Assembly (NCBI GenBank): GCA_035279705.1
Contig: DATEHG010000069.1
Span: forward strand, 6,091-70,090
From: Gemmatimonadales bacterium
GTDB taxonomy: Bacteria > Gemmatimonadota > Gemmatimonadetes > Gemmatimonadales > GWC2-71-9
Reading direction: 5' to 3'
DNA: 64,000 bases
Below are positions 51,996 to 62,533 of the stretch, piece by piece (position 1 is the stretch's first letter; every line of letters begins with the position of its first letter). The notes beneath the pieces are model-generated. The model did not search any database. It saw only the letters and a program-made list of their open reading frames with translations, and was not told the DNA's origin. A program made the position numbers and the translations under genes.

Positions 51996-53953
51996 GCCTG
52001 ACACTCCAGGCCAACACCGGCAGCATGCCCGCCGGCGCAGTCCACGAGCCGAAGGCGAGCCCGCGGGGGATGGCCCTCGCGGGCCTTTCGCTGGCCGCCC
52101 TCGGTGTGGTGTACGGCGACATCGGCACCAGTCCGCTCTACGCCATCAAGGAGTGTTTCGGCGCCGCGCACGGGGTCGAACCGACTCCCGAAAATGTGCT
52201 GGGGATTCTGTCGGTCGTGCTCTGGGCGATGAACTTCGTGATCTCCTACAAGTACATCGCGCAGGTCATGCGGGCGGACAACCAGGGAGAAGGCGGCATC
52301 CTCGCGCTGCTGGCGCTGGTCCGGCCGCAGGGTGAGCCGACCCGCTGGGGCCGGCTGCTGATCATGCTGGGGGTGTTCGGGGCGGCGCTGCTCTACGGCG
52401 ACGGTGTGATCACGCCGGCCATCTCGGTGCTGGGCGCCACGGAAGGCCTCAAGGTCACCACCGAGCGGTTCGAACCGTTCGTGGTGCCGATCACCGTCGT
52501 AATCCTGATCCTGCTCTTCTGGTTCCAGAAGCAGGGCACGGCCGGCATCGGCCGGATCTTCGGACCGGTGATGGTGGTCTGGTTCGCGTGCATTGCGCTG
52601 CTGGGCGTGGGCGGCATCGTGCGCGAGCCTTCGGTGCTCAAGGCCATCAACCCGATGTACGCCGTGGATTTCTTCCGCCGGGACGGGCTGCAGGGGTTCC
52701 TGATCCTCGGCGCCGTCGTGCTGGTGCTTACCGGCGGGGAAGCGCTGTACGCCGACATGGGTCATTTCGGCAAGCGGCCCATCCGGCTGGCGTGGTTCGG
52801 CATGGTGCTGCCGGCACTGATGCTCAACTACTTCGGCCAGGGGGCGCTGCTGCTGGACGATCCTTCCGCGGCGGTCAACCCCTTTTACCTGCTGGTGCCC
52901 GAATGGGGCCGCTATCCGATGATCGCCATTGCGACTGCCGCGGCGATCGTGGCTTCCCAGGCGCTGATCTCGGGCGCATTCTCCCTGACCCGCCAGGCCA
53001 TCCAGCTGGGCTTTTCCCCGCGGGTGACGGTGACTCATACCTCCGCCACCGAGCAGGGCCAGATCTACGTGCCGGAGGTCAACTGGGCGCTGATGGTCAG
53101 CTGTGTCGGCCTGGTGCTGGCCTTCCGCTCGTCGAGCAACCTGGCGGCGGCGTACGGCATCGCGGTGACCGGAACGATGGCGATCACCACCGTGCTGTTT
53201 GCCCGGGTGACTCGGATCCACTGGCACTGGCCGGTCTGGCGCACGATCATCGTCGCCGGACTGTTCCTGGTCGTGGACCTGGCCTTCTTCGGCGCCAACC
53301 TGGTCAAGGTGCATCAGGGAGGATGGTTTCCGCTGGTAATCGGCGCGCTGATCTACCTGCTGATGAGTACCTGGAAACGGGGGAGGGTGCTGCTGTCGCG
53401 GGTCATGGAAGAGAACAGCCTGCCGATCCAGATCTTTCTCAGCGACGTGGCCCGCCGGCTGCCGACCCGGGTGCCCGGCACCGCCGTGTTCATGACTTCG
53501 AGGGCCGGGGGCGCGCCGCCGGTGCTGCTGCACCACGTCAAGCACAACAAGGTGCTGCACGAGCGGGTAATCCTGATGTCGGTCAAGGCGCTCGGGGTGC
53601 CGATGATCGACGAGGCCCAGCGGGTGGCGCTCGAGTCGCTGGGCGACGGGTTCTACGCCGTCGAGGCGCGCTACGGGTTCATGGAATCACCGGATGTGCC
53701 GGCGGCGCTCCGGGCCCTGGTGCAGTTCGGCATCACGGTGAAGCCGATGGAGACCACCTTCTACCTCGGGCGCGAGACGCTGATCGTCACCATGCCCAAG
53801 CGCGGCGTCGAACCGCCGCCCCTCGAGCGCCGCATGTGGCGCTGGCGCAAACTGCTCTTCGTGGTGATGGCCAGGAATGCGCAATCGGCCACGGCGTTCT
53901 TCAACCTGCCGCCGAACCGGGTCGTGGAAATGGGGGCGCAGATACAATTCTAG
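51992..53953 (+). CDS. kup: KUP/HAK/KT potassium uptake protein
   Basis: Internal ATG 51992 overlaps the VKOR stop (ATGA). …LGVVYGDIGTSPLYA…NQGEGGILAL…GDGVITPAISVL… and a C-terminal cytoplasmic domain. Confidence 0.9.
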   Translation: MSLTLQANTGSMPAGAVHEPKASPRGMALAGLSLAALGVVYGDIGTSPLYAIKECFGAAHGVEPTPENVLGILSVVLWAMNFVISYKYIAQVMRADNQGEGGILALLALVRPQGEPTRWGRLLIMLGVFGAALLYGDGVITPAISVLGATEGLKVTTERFEPFVVPITVVILILLFWFQKQGTAGIGRIFGPVMVVWFACIALLGVGGIVREPSVLKAINPMYAVDFFRRDGLQGFLILGAVVLVLTGGEALYADMGHFGKRPIRLAWFGMVLPALMLNYFGQGALLLDDPSAAVNPFYLLVPEWGRYPMIAIATAAAIVASQALISGAFSLTRQAIQLGFSPRVTVTHTSATEQGQIYVPEVNWALMVSCVGLVLAFRSSSNLAAAYGIAVTGTMAITTVLFARVTRIHWHWPVWRTIIVAGLFLVVDLAFFGANLVKVHQGGWFPLVIGALIYLLMSTWKRGRVLLSRVMEENSLPIQIFLSDVARRLPTRVPGTAVFMTSRAGGAPPVLLHHVKHNKVLHERVILMSVKALGVPMIDEAQRVALESLGDGFYAVEARYGFMESPDVPAALRALVQFGITVKPMETTFYLGRETLIVTMPKRGVEPPPLERRMWRWRKLLFVVMARNAQSATAFFNLPPNRVVEMGAQIQF

Positions 53954-54021
53954 CCGTTAGCCGTTGGCCGCCAGCAGGTCAATGGTCATCGGTCGCCGGC
54001 CCCTTGGTTAAGTCCGCTTGA

Positions 54022-54050
54022 CTCTCTCCTCTCTCCTCTCTCCTCTCTCC

Positions 54051-54051
<1 letters not shown>
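54022..54051. repeat. Tandem heptamer microsatellite (CTCTCCT)x4 abutting the acs stop codon
   Basis: ct-CTCTCCT-CTCTCCT-CTCTCCT-CTCTCCT on the plus strand, which is (AGGAGAG)n on the acs strand immediately after its TGA. Confidence 0.85.
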
Positions 54052-56006
<1,955 letters not shown>

Positions 56007-56143
56007 GCCGGAATCCTGACGGGAGTAGGCAAACCCTTCGGGCTTGCAGATTTAGAACGATGCCGCGGAGTGCCATCCGAAGTAAGCGAATCGGGGCCAG
56101 TTCCGCAATGCTAACTCATTGATTCGCTTTCAGTTACCTCCAC

Positions 56144-56159
56144 TGGCACCGCTCTCGCA
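56144..56159 (+). promoter_or_regulatory. Sigma-54-like -24/-12 element upstream of the STAS-REC-ccm genes
   Basis: TGGCAC-CGCTC-TCGCA against TGGCAC-N5-TTGCA, with one mismatch in the -12 box. It lies about 230 nt upstream of the STAS ATG. Confidence 0.4.
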
Positions 56160-56376
56160 CTATACCCTGGCACGGGCCACCTGGCCCACCACAATTGATC
56201 CGCCCGATAGAGCACACCCGGAGTGATCCGGGGCCGCAAAACTAGAGGTCTCTCCAGTTCCAGCGGGGAGATAGCTCGGTGCCGAAGGCGGGATGCACCG
56301 CGAATGCGAGTGAACGTCCCGTTGCGCCTCACGGCGATGAGACCTCGTGTACGCGGAATCGGGCGTGGGAGGATGG

Positions 56377-56691
56377 ATGCTGACCACGCAACCGAACTCG
56401 AAGAACCTGGTAGCCCCGGATCACCTGGGGCTCGAATCGCGAACCGAGTTCCGCCAGCAGGCCACTGCCCTGCTCGACACCTTGCCCGATCGCACCGGCT
56501 GTCTGGTCATCGACCTGGCCGGCACCCGCCAGGTGGATTCGGCGGGACTCGGGGCCCTGATGCTGGTCCAGCGCCGCGCCGCCGAGCGCAAGCAGGTGGT
56601 GGTGCTGCGGAACGTGAACGAGGAGCTCCGCTTCCTGCTGGTGCTCACGAAGCTGGACGATCTCTTCCAGCTCGAATCCGGTCAGGTTTGA
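56377..56691 (+). CDS. STAS-domain protein (anti-sigma-factor-antagonist-like)
   Basis: ATG 56377 is preceded by GGAGG (the track has GTG 56347). …LVIDLAGTRQVDSAGLGALMLVQRRAAERKQVVVLRNVNEELRFLLVLTKLDDLF…. Confidence 0.8.
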   Translation: MLTTQPNSKNLVAPDHLGLESRTEFRQQATALLDTLPDRTGCLVIDLAGTRQVDSAGLGALMLVQRRAAERKQVVVLRNVNEELRFLLVLTKLDDLFQLESGQV

Positions 56692-56704
56692 TTACAGGGG
56701 TCGC

Positions 56705-57094
56705 ATGACCGCTACGGTCGCACCGCTCCGGGTCCTGTTCATCGAGGACGAGGCCGCCCTCCAGCTGAGCTACCGGCGGTATTTCGCCAGCCGGTACGAG
56801 GTGGCCACCGCGGCGAGCGGCGCCGACGCCTTGCGGCAGCTTGTGGCCCATCCTCCCGAAGTGGCCGTGCTGGACATGCGGCTGCCGGATACGGACGGGA
56901 TCGATCTCCTGCGCCGGCTGCGGGCTGAACTGCCCGATCTGCCGGTCGTGATTACCACGGCCTATCTGAGTGTCGAGCCCCAACTCCGAGTCCTCAACCT
57001 TTCCTACCACGGCTACATCGTCAAGCCGTTCGATCTCGACGAGCTCGGTCGAGCCATCGAACAGGCCGGATCCGCGGTGGCTGCTCGCCGCTGA
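56705..57094 (+). CDS. Single-domain response regulator (REC)
   Basis: 129 aa: VLFIEDE…VAVLDMRLPDTDG…VVITTAY…YIVKPF. Confidence 0.85.
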   Translation: MTATVAPLRVLFIEDEAALQLSYRRYFASRYEVATAASGADALRQLVAHPPEVAVLDMRLPDTDGIDLLRRLRAELPDLPVVITTAYLSVEPQLRVLNLSYHGYIVKPFDLDELGRAIEQAGSAVAARR

Positions 57095-57776
57095 AGGGCT
57101 GGTCCGCCGCTACGGCGCCCGCCGGGTGCTGAACGGCCTCTCGCTGTCTCTCGCTCCCCACGACTGTCTGCTGGTGCTGGGTCCCAACGGGGCCGGCAAG
57201 TCCACGCTCCTGCGCCTGCTGGCGGGCCTGATCCGTCCGCACGCCGGATCGGTGCATGTCGCCGGCCGGCGTCTCGCGGCGGATGATCCCGGGTCTCGCG
57301 CCTCCCTCGGGCTGGTCGCCCACCAGACGATGCTCTATGACGACCTCACCCTGCGCGAGAACCTGCTCTTTGCCGCGCGCCTCTATGACCTGCCCGATGG
57401 CGCAGGCGCTGTGGCCCAGGCGCTGGCGGAGGCGGGACTCACTGGCCGTGCGGAGGACCGGCCCCGGGACCTGTCGCGAGGCATGCAGCAGCGCGCCGCG
57501 ATCGCGCGGGCGCTGCTCCACCGCCCCCGGGTGCTGCTGCTCGACGAGGCGTTCACCGGGCTCGATGCGGCCTCGGGCGACCGGCTGCGGACCCGGCTCG
57601 CGGAGGAACGCTCCCGGGGCGCCGCCCTGGTGGTCGTGAGCCATCACCCGGATGAGGCCTGGGCGCTCGCGACCCACGTCGGATTCCTGAACGACGGCCG
57701 CTGGGCGCGGCTGGAGCCTCGGCCCTCTCACCTGTCGACCGCCGAGGGGTGGTTGCGGGAGGCGGCGCATGGCTGA
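56970..57776 (+). CDS. ccmA: Heme exporter ATP-binding protein CcmA (start uncertain)
   Basis: Walker A GPNGAGKST, signature LSRGMQQRAAIARAL and Walker B LLLDEA. The conserved domain begins near 57078 (LLAAEGLVRRYG), but the only ATG/GTG/TTG in frame upstream is GTG 56970, which would overlap the REC gene by 125 nt. Confidence 0.75.
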   Translation: MSSPNSESSTFPTTATSSSRSISTSSVEPSNRPDPRWLLAAEGLVRRYGARRVLNGLSLSLAPHDCLLVLGPNGAGKSTLLRLLAGLIRPHAGSVHVAGRRLAADDPGSRASLGLVAHQTMLYDDLTLRENLLFAARLYDLPDGAGAVAQALAEAGLTGRAEDRPRDLSRGMQQRAAIARALLHRPRVLLLDEAFTGLDAASGDRLRTRLAEERSRGAALVVVSHHPDEAWALATHVGFLNDGRWARLEPRPSHLSTAEGWLREAAHG

Positions 57777-58449
57777 GGCCGTCCGCGCCGCGCTCGCCAT
57801 CGCGGGCAAGGATCTGCGCCTCGAATGGCGCAGCCGGAGTGCGCTGCTCTCGGCCGTCGTGTTCGCCGCGCTGGTGCTGGTGATCTTCAATTTCGCCCGC
57901 GACCCCACGGCTGTTTCCACCCTCGATCTGGCCCCGAGCATCCTGTGGGTCACGTTCGGCTTCGCGGCGATCGTGGCCCTGAACCGGGCCTTCACGGTGG
58001 AGCGCCAGCACGGGGCGCTCGCCAGCCTGCTGCTCGCGCCGGTGCCGCGGAGCGCCATCTTTGCCGGGAAGTATCTGGCCAACCTGGTGTTCGTCGGTGT
58101 GGTGGAACTGGTCACGCTGCCGCTCTTCGTGCTGTTCTTCAATGTCGATCTGAGCGGGGCACTGGCGGGCCTGCTGGCGGTGATCGTGCTGGCGACGATC
58201 GGTTTCGTGGCGGTGGGGACCGTGTTCAGCGCCATGGCGGTGCGCACCCGGTTCGCCGAACTGATGCTGCCGGTGCTGCTGCTGCCATTCATGATGCCGC
58301 CGCTCATGACGGCGGCCCAGGCCACTAGCCGGCTGCTCGGGGGTCGTCCGTTGAGCGAACTGATGGGGTGGCTTAGGTTGCTTTCACTCTATGACGTCGC
58401 CTTTGTGACGCTTTCCTTCCTGATCTTTCCGGCGGTGGTCGACGAATGA
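57769..58449 (+). CDS. ccmB: Heme exporter permease CcmB
   Basis: 226-aa 6-TM ORF: …AGKDLRLEWRSRSALLSAVVF…FTVERQHGALASLLLAP…. Confidence 0.85.
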   Translation: MAEAVRAALAIAGKDLRLEWRSRSALLSAVVFAALVLVIFNFARDPTAVSTLDLAPSILWVTFGFAAIVALNRAFTVERQHGALASLLLAPVPRSAIFAGKYLANLVFVGVVELVTLPLFVLFFNVDLSGALAGLLAVIVLATIGFVAVGTVFSAMAVRTRFAELMLPVLLLPFMMPPLMTAAQATSRLLGGRPLSELMGWLRLLSLYDVAFVTLSFLIFPAVVDE

Positions 58450-59147
58450 GTTCCGTTCTGGCGGCGGCCGGTCGCGTGATGCAGCGAGGCCGCCTCATCA
58501 CCCTCGCGGGGCTGGCACTGCTGGCCGCCGTGGTGGTGCGGGCCCAGTGGTTCACTCCGGTGGAGGAGCGCCAGGGCCTCGCCCAGAAGATCTTCTACCT
58601 GCACGCCCCCTCGGCCTGGTCGGCCCTCTTCCTCGGGTTCGGCCTCGTCGGCATCAGTTCGGCACTCTATCTCTGGCTCGAGGATCCGCGGCTCGACCGG
58701 TTCGCCGCGAGCTCGGCCGAGGTGGGCGTGGCCTTCAGTTCCGTCATGCTCACGACCGGCCCGATCTGGGCCAAGCCGATCTGGGGCACGTACTGGAGCT
58801 GGGACATGCGGCTCTCGATGACGCTGCTGCTGGTGCTCCTGTTCCTCGGGTACCTGGCGCTCCGCAGCGCGCTTGACGACCGCAGCGAGCGGGCGCGGTA
58901 CAGCGCGGTCATCGGGGTGATGGCCCTGGTGCTGGTGCCGTTCATCCACCTTACCGTGTACCTGTTCCGCACCCTGCATCCGCAGCCGATCGTGCTCAAA
59001 CCCAGCGCTCCGTCGCTGCCGCCGGAGATGCTGTACACACTGCTGCTGGGGTTCGTGGCGACCAGCGTGATGTACCTGGGATTCGTGACCCTGCGCTACG
59101 GTATCGCGCTGGCGCGGGAAGCGCAGGAGGATGACCGCCATGATTGA
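58446..59147 (+). CDS. ccmC: Heme exporter/heme lyase subunit CcmC
   Basis: 233 aa with the WWD-type tryptophan-rich motif WAKPIWGTYWSWDMRL. ATGA overlap with ccmB. Confidence 0.9.
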   Translation: MSSVLAAAGRVMQRGRLITLAGLALLAAVVVRAQWFTPVEERQGLAQKIFYLHAPSAWSALFLGFGLVGISSALYLWLEDPRLDRFAASSAEVGVAFSSVMLTTGPIWAKPIWGTYWSWDMRLSMTLLLVLLFLGYLALRSALDDRSERARYSAVIGVMALVLVPFIHLTVYLFRTLHPQPIVLKPSAPSLPPEMLYTLLLGFVATSVMYLGFVTLRYGIALAREAQEDDRHD

Positions 59148-59265
59148 CCCGCCCGACAACCGCGGGTTCATGGTGGCCGGCTACACGGTCGCGCTGACCC
59201 TCTACCTGCTGTACACGATCTCCCTCTGGATCCGCGCCAGGAAGGCGGAGCGCGGAGAACGGTAG
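59140..59265 (+). CDS. ccmD: CcmD-like small membrane protein (41 aa; below the ORF-track size cut-off)
   Basis: ATG 59140 overlaps the ccmC end. MIDPPDNRGFMVAGYTVALTLYLLYTISLWIRARKAERGER has one TM helix and a basic tail, in the position and of the size expected for CcmD. Confidence 0.6.
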   Translation: MIDPPDNRGFMVAGYTVALTLYLLYTISLWIRARKAERGER

Positions 59266-59289
59266 ACCCGGGCTTCGCCCGGGTCTACC
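59261..59289. terminator. Perfect 12-bp-stem hairpin between convergent ccmD and aqpZ
   Basis: GGTAGACCCGGG-CTTCG-CCCGGGTCTACC. The ccmD TAG lies inside the 5' arm. There is no U-tract on either side. Confidence 0.55.
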
Positions 59290-59298
59290 GCGGCGGGA

Positions 59299-59967
59299 TT
59301 ACTCGCCCTTGAGCAGCACCCGGTCCCACAGCAGGCCGGCCACCACCCCACCCACCAGCGGACCGATCCACCACACCGCATGCGCGCTCCACACACCCGC
59401 GACGGCCGCCGGGCCGAACGCGCGCGCGGGGTTCATCGCCGCGCCGGTCAGCGCGCCGCCCATCAGGATATCGAACAGCAGCACCAGCCCGATGGCAAAG
59501 CCGCCCACCTTGGGGGCGTTCTTCGCGACTGCCGTCCCGTAGACCGCACTGACCAGGAAGAAGGTCAGTATCGCCTCCAGTGCCACCGCCTGGCCGAAGC
59601 CCATTCCCGGCGCGAGGGTCGGCAGGCCGAGTGAGGTCACCTTCTCGATGGCCACCGGCAGCACGAGCTTGAGCGCCAGCGCGCCGGCGACGCCGCCCAC
59701 GAGCTGCGTCACGATGTAGGCACCGGCCGTCCGGGCATCGATCCGGCGCCCGACGAGCAGCCCCGTGGTGACCGCCGGGTTGAAGTGACCGCCCGAGATG
59801 TTCATCAGCGCGGTGACCATGACGCCGAGCACCAGCGCGTGAGCCAGGGCGATGCCGAGCAGCCCGAAACGGGCGTAGCTGTCGGCGATGACGCTGCCGC
59901 AGCCGATGAAGATCAGGGCAAATGTGCCCAGGAACTCCGCAACCAGACGACGGGACAGCGGGACCAT
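59299..59967 (-). CDS. aqpZ: Aquaporin Z / MIP family channel
   Basis: 222 aa with two NPA boxes (GGHFNPAVT and GAAMNPARAFG). Confidence 0.9.
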   Translation of the reverse strand: MVPLSRRLVAEFLGTFALIFIGCGSVIADSYARFGLLGIALAHALVLGVMVTALMNISGGHFNPAVTTGLLVGRRIDARTAGAYIVTQLVGGVAGALALKLVLPVAIEKVTSLGLPTLAPGMGFGQAVALEAILTFFLVSAVYGTAVAKNAPKVGGFAIGLVLLFDILMGGALTGAAMNPARAFGPAAVAGVWSAHAVWWIGPLVGGVVAGLLWDRVLLKGE

Positions 59968-60028
59968 GCCGAAGCCTCAGCGAACGGGGAGATTGGCGGG
60001 AGGAAAACCGGGGCCGAATCTAGAAACA

Positions 60029-60051
60029 GGGGGGGAAGGGGGGAAGGGGGG
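60029..60051 (+). repeat. G-tract array G7-AA-G6-AA-G6 (potential G-quadruplex with the GGG at 60063)
   Basis: gggggggaaggggggaagggggg, located in the aqpZ upstream / KS-operon downstream intergenic region. Confidence 0.8.
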
Positions 60052-60062
60052 ACGACAACTGC

Positions 60063-60139
60063 GGGATTGTGGGAATGTGGGAGTATGGGATTAGGGCACC
60101 TGAGCCTCCAATCCCATACTCCCACAATCCCCCATTCCT
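60063..60139. repeat. 77-nt inverted repeat made of TGTGGGA/TATGGGA octamer-like units (17-bp perfect stem, 17-nt loop)
   Basis: TGTGGGAGTATGGGATT (60076..60092) pairs perfectly with AATCCCATACTCCCACA (60110..60126). The arms extend imperfectly to about 30 nt each. The element starts 2 nt after the KS-gene stop. Confidence 0.75.
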
Positions 60140-60140
60140 C

Positions 60141-61385
60141 TCATTCGTTTCTGCGGAACACCAGGCAGGCATTCACGCCGCCGAACCCGAACGAATTGCT
60201 GACGATCACTCCCGGAGTGGCGTCCTGCCCGGCGCCTGTGATGTAGCCGAGGTCACAGGCGGGATCGGGCGTCGCCAGGTTGACGGTGGGGGGAAGCCAG
60301 CCGCGGGCGCTCGCCAGCGCGCAGATGGCCGCCTCGATGGCCCCGCTCGCCCCGAGGGCGTGACCATAGTAGCCCTTGGTGCCGCTCACCGGCAGGCGGG
60401 CAGTGTGACCGTTGAAGACCTGCCGGATGGCCCCGGACTCGGTCGGATCGTTGAGCGGAGTGGACGAGCCGTGGGCGTTGAGATAACCAACGTCCCCCGG
60501 AGCCACGTGCGCATCCGCGAGGGCCAGCCGCATGGCGCGCGCCGCCTGCCGGCCGTCCGGACGCGGTGCGGTCATGTGATGGGCGTCGTTGGTGAGGCCA
60601 TAGCCGCAGAGTTCGAGATAGATCGGGGCACCGCGGGCGATGGCCCGCTGCCGCTCCTCCAGCACGAGGACCGCCGCACCCTCTCCCATCACGAAACCGT
60701 CGCGTCCCGAATCGAAGGGACGGCTGGCGGTGGCGGGGTCGTCGTTGCGGGTGGACATGGCGCGGATGATCGCGAACGAGCCGAAGCAGAGCGGAGCGAG
60801 TGGCGCCTCCGCCCCGCCGGCCAGCATGACATCGGCCTCGCCGCGGCGGATCGCGCGCAGGCCCTCTCCGATTCCGATGGTGCCCGAGGCGCAGCTCATC
60901 CCGTTGGTGCTGTTCGGGCCGGTGACGCCGAACTCGATGGCGATGTTGCAGCTGGCCGCGCCGGCGAAGACCGAGAGCGCCAGGGCGGGATCCACGGCCC
61001 GCATGCCGCCGGTCACGTAGTGGCCATGCTCCTCCTCGGCGCGACCGATGCCGCCGAGCGCAGTGCCCATCATGACGCCGATGCGGTCGGGATCCTCGAC
61101 GGACAGGTCCAGATGGGCGTCGGCCAGGGCCAGCCGGGTGGCGGCCACGCTGAACTGGGAGTAGCGGTCGAACCGCCGGGCCCGCCGCTCCTCCAGGTGG
61201 TCGGTTGCGAAGAAGTCGTTCACCTGGGCCGCGATCTTCGATCGGAATGGCGCCGGATCGAACCGGGTGATGCCCTGCACCACGGAGCGCCCGGAGCGCA
61301 GTCCCTGCCAGAGTCCTTCCACGCCCACACCGATGGGCGTGATCGCTCCGATTCCCGTCACTACTACCCGCCGCTCGTCCATCAT
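60141..61385 (-). CDS. Beta-ketoacyl synthase, KAS II (FabF)-like
   Basis: Internal ATG 61385 (MMDERRVVVTGIG…). Active-site Cys in NGMSCASGTIG, and the two His residues in NAHGSSTPLND and GYYGHALGASG. Confidence 0.9.
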   Translation of the reverse strand: MMDERRVVVTGIGAITPIGVGVEGLWQGLRSGRSVVQGITRFDPAPFRSKIAAQVNDFFATDHLEERRARRFDRYSQFSVAATRLALADAHLDLSVEDPDRIGVMMGTALGGIGRAEEEHGHYVTGGMRAVDPALALSVFAGAASCNIAIEFGVTGPNSTNGMSCASGTIGIGEGLRAIRRGEADVMLAGGAEAPLAPLCFGSFAIIRAMSTRNDDPATASRPFDSGRDGFVMGEGAAVLVLEERQRAIARGAPIYLELCGYGLTNDAHHMTAPRPDGRQAARAMRLALADAHVAPGDVGYLNAHGSSTPLNDPTESGAIRQVFNGHTARLPVSGTKGYYGHALGASGAIEAAICALASARGWLPPTVNLATPDPACDLGYITGAGQDATPGVIVSNSFGFGGVNACLVFRRNE

Positions 61386-61837
61386 ACCTGCTCCACGCGT
61401 TGCCGTATCCCCGCCAGCGTCCTCGAGGCAATACCATGAACAAACACCGGCCCGATGACCCATCTCGCCGCCGCCGTACCGATCAGCGGCCAGCGTGGCC
61501 CGGGCCACTCGTGCACGATTTCGGCGTCACTGCCGCCTTCGCTTTCGCGCACCGTCCACCAGACGTCCATACCGCGGGTGATTCCCCGGATGTGACGGTA
61601 GCGCACTTCCCGGCGGACCGGGTCGACCGACATTTCCGAGACCCACCAGGTGGGCCAGCGGAATCCAGGGAAGGGACGCCAGGCGGCCATCTCCACCACA
61701 CGCATGCCCGCGTCACGCTTGAGCTCCCTGACCCATCGATAATGCGACAGGAACTCCGGCCACTGCTCCACCTCGCTGGCCGCTGCGAACACCCGATCCG
61801 CAGGGGCCGCCATGTGCAACCGGTCGATGATTCGCAT
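61382..61837 (-). CDS. SRPBCC (polyketide cyclase/dehydrase, START-like) protein
   Basis: Internal ATG 61837 (MRIIDRLHMAAPADRVFAAASEVEQWPEFLSHYRWV…). 151 aa, with ATGA overlaps at both ends. Confidence 0.7.
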   Translation of the reverse strand: MRIIDRLHMAAPADRVFAAASEVEQWPEFLSHYRWVRELKRDAGMRVVEMAAWRPFPGFRWPTWWVSEMSVDPVRREVRYRHIRGITRGMDVWWTVRESEGGSDAEIVHEWPGPRWPLIGTAAARWVIGPVFVHGIASRTLAGIRQRVEQV

Positions 61838-62533
61838 CAGCCGACCGGCTGCCAGGCCGCGACCAGCCGGAACATCGGATGGCGCCAGACGTGGCCCCTG
61901 ATGCCGGCTCCCTCCAGCGCCGCGATGAGCTCCGGTGCCGAAAAACCCCGGCGGATCGAGCGCAACCCGTCGCTCCGGGTGTCGGGATCGAACCGGAGGA
62001 GATGGGCGCCGATCCAGAAGCCTGCCTGGGCGAAGCGGCTGCGTCGCAGGTCGGTGACTATCACGCCTCGCCGGGCGACTCTGTCGCACTCGGTCAGCAG
62101 CGCGGCCAGGACCTCCGCCTCGAGATGATGCGCCACCTGGCTCACCGTGATCAGGTCGACGCTGCGGGAGCGGAGCGGCAGTGCGGCGCCGCAGCCCAGC
62201 AGGGTCGGGAGGCCGGCCGCGAACGCCAGCCGAGCGGCCGCCGGATGCCGCTCGAGGCCGAACGGCTGGATCACCAGGCCGCGCCGCTCTCCCCAGGCTA
62301 CGGCCGCCCTGGGGAGGTCGCCCAGTCCGGTACCGACGTCGAGAAGGGTGAAGCGGTCGCCCTGCCGCGCGTCGGCGAGGAGTTTCCGGAGTGCACTCGC
62401 CACCGCCGACCGCCCACCGAACCACCGGTTGGAGCGGGCAATGTTCTGGAGCGACAGCGCCACACGGTCCGGGTCGGCAGCCAAGTCATCCAGCAGCTCG
62501 GCGCCCGCGGGCGGTCGCAGTGCTCCGTTCACG
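61837..62533 (-). CDS. Class I SAM-dependent methyltransferase
   Basis: GTG 62533 overlaps the flavin reductase stop (GTGA). Motif I is LLDVGTGLGDL. 232 aa. Confidence 0.75.
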
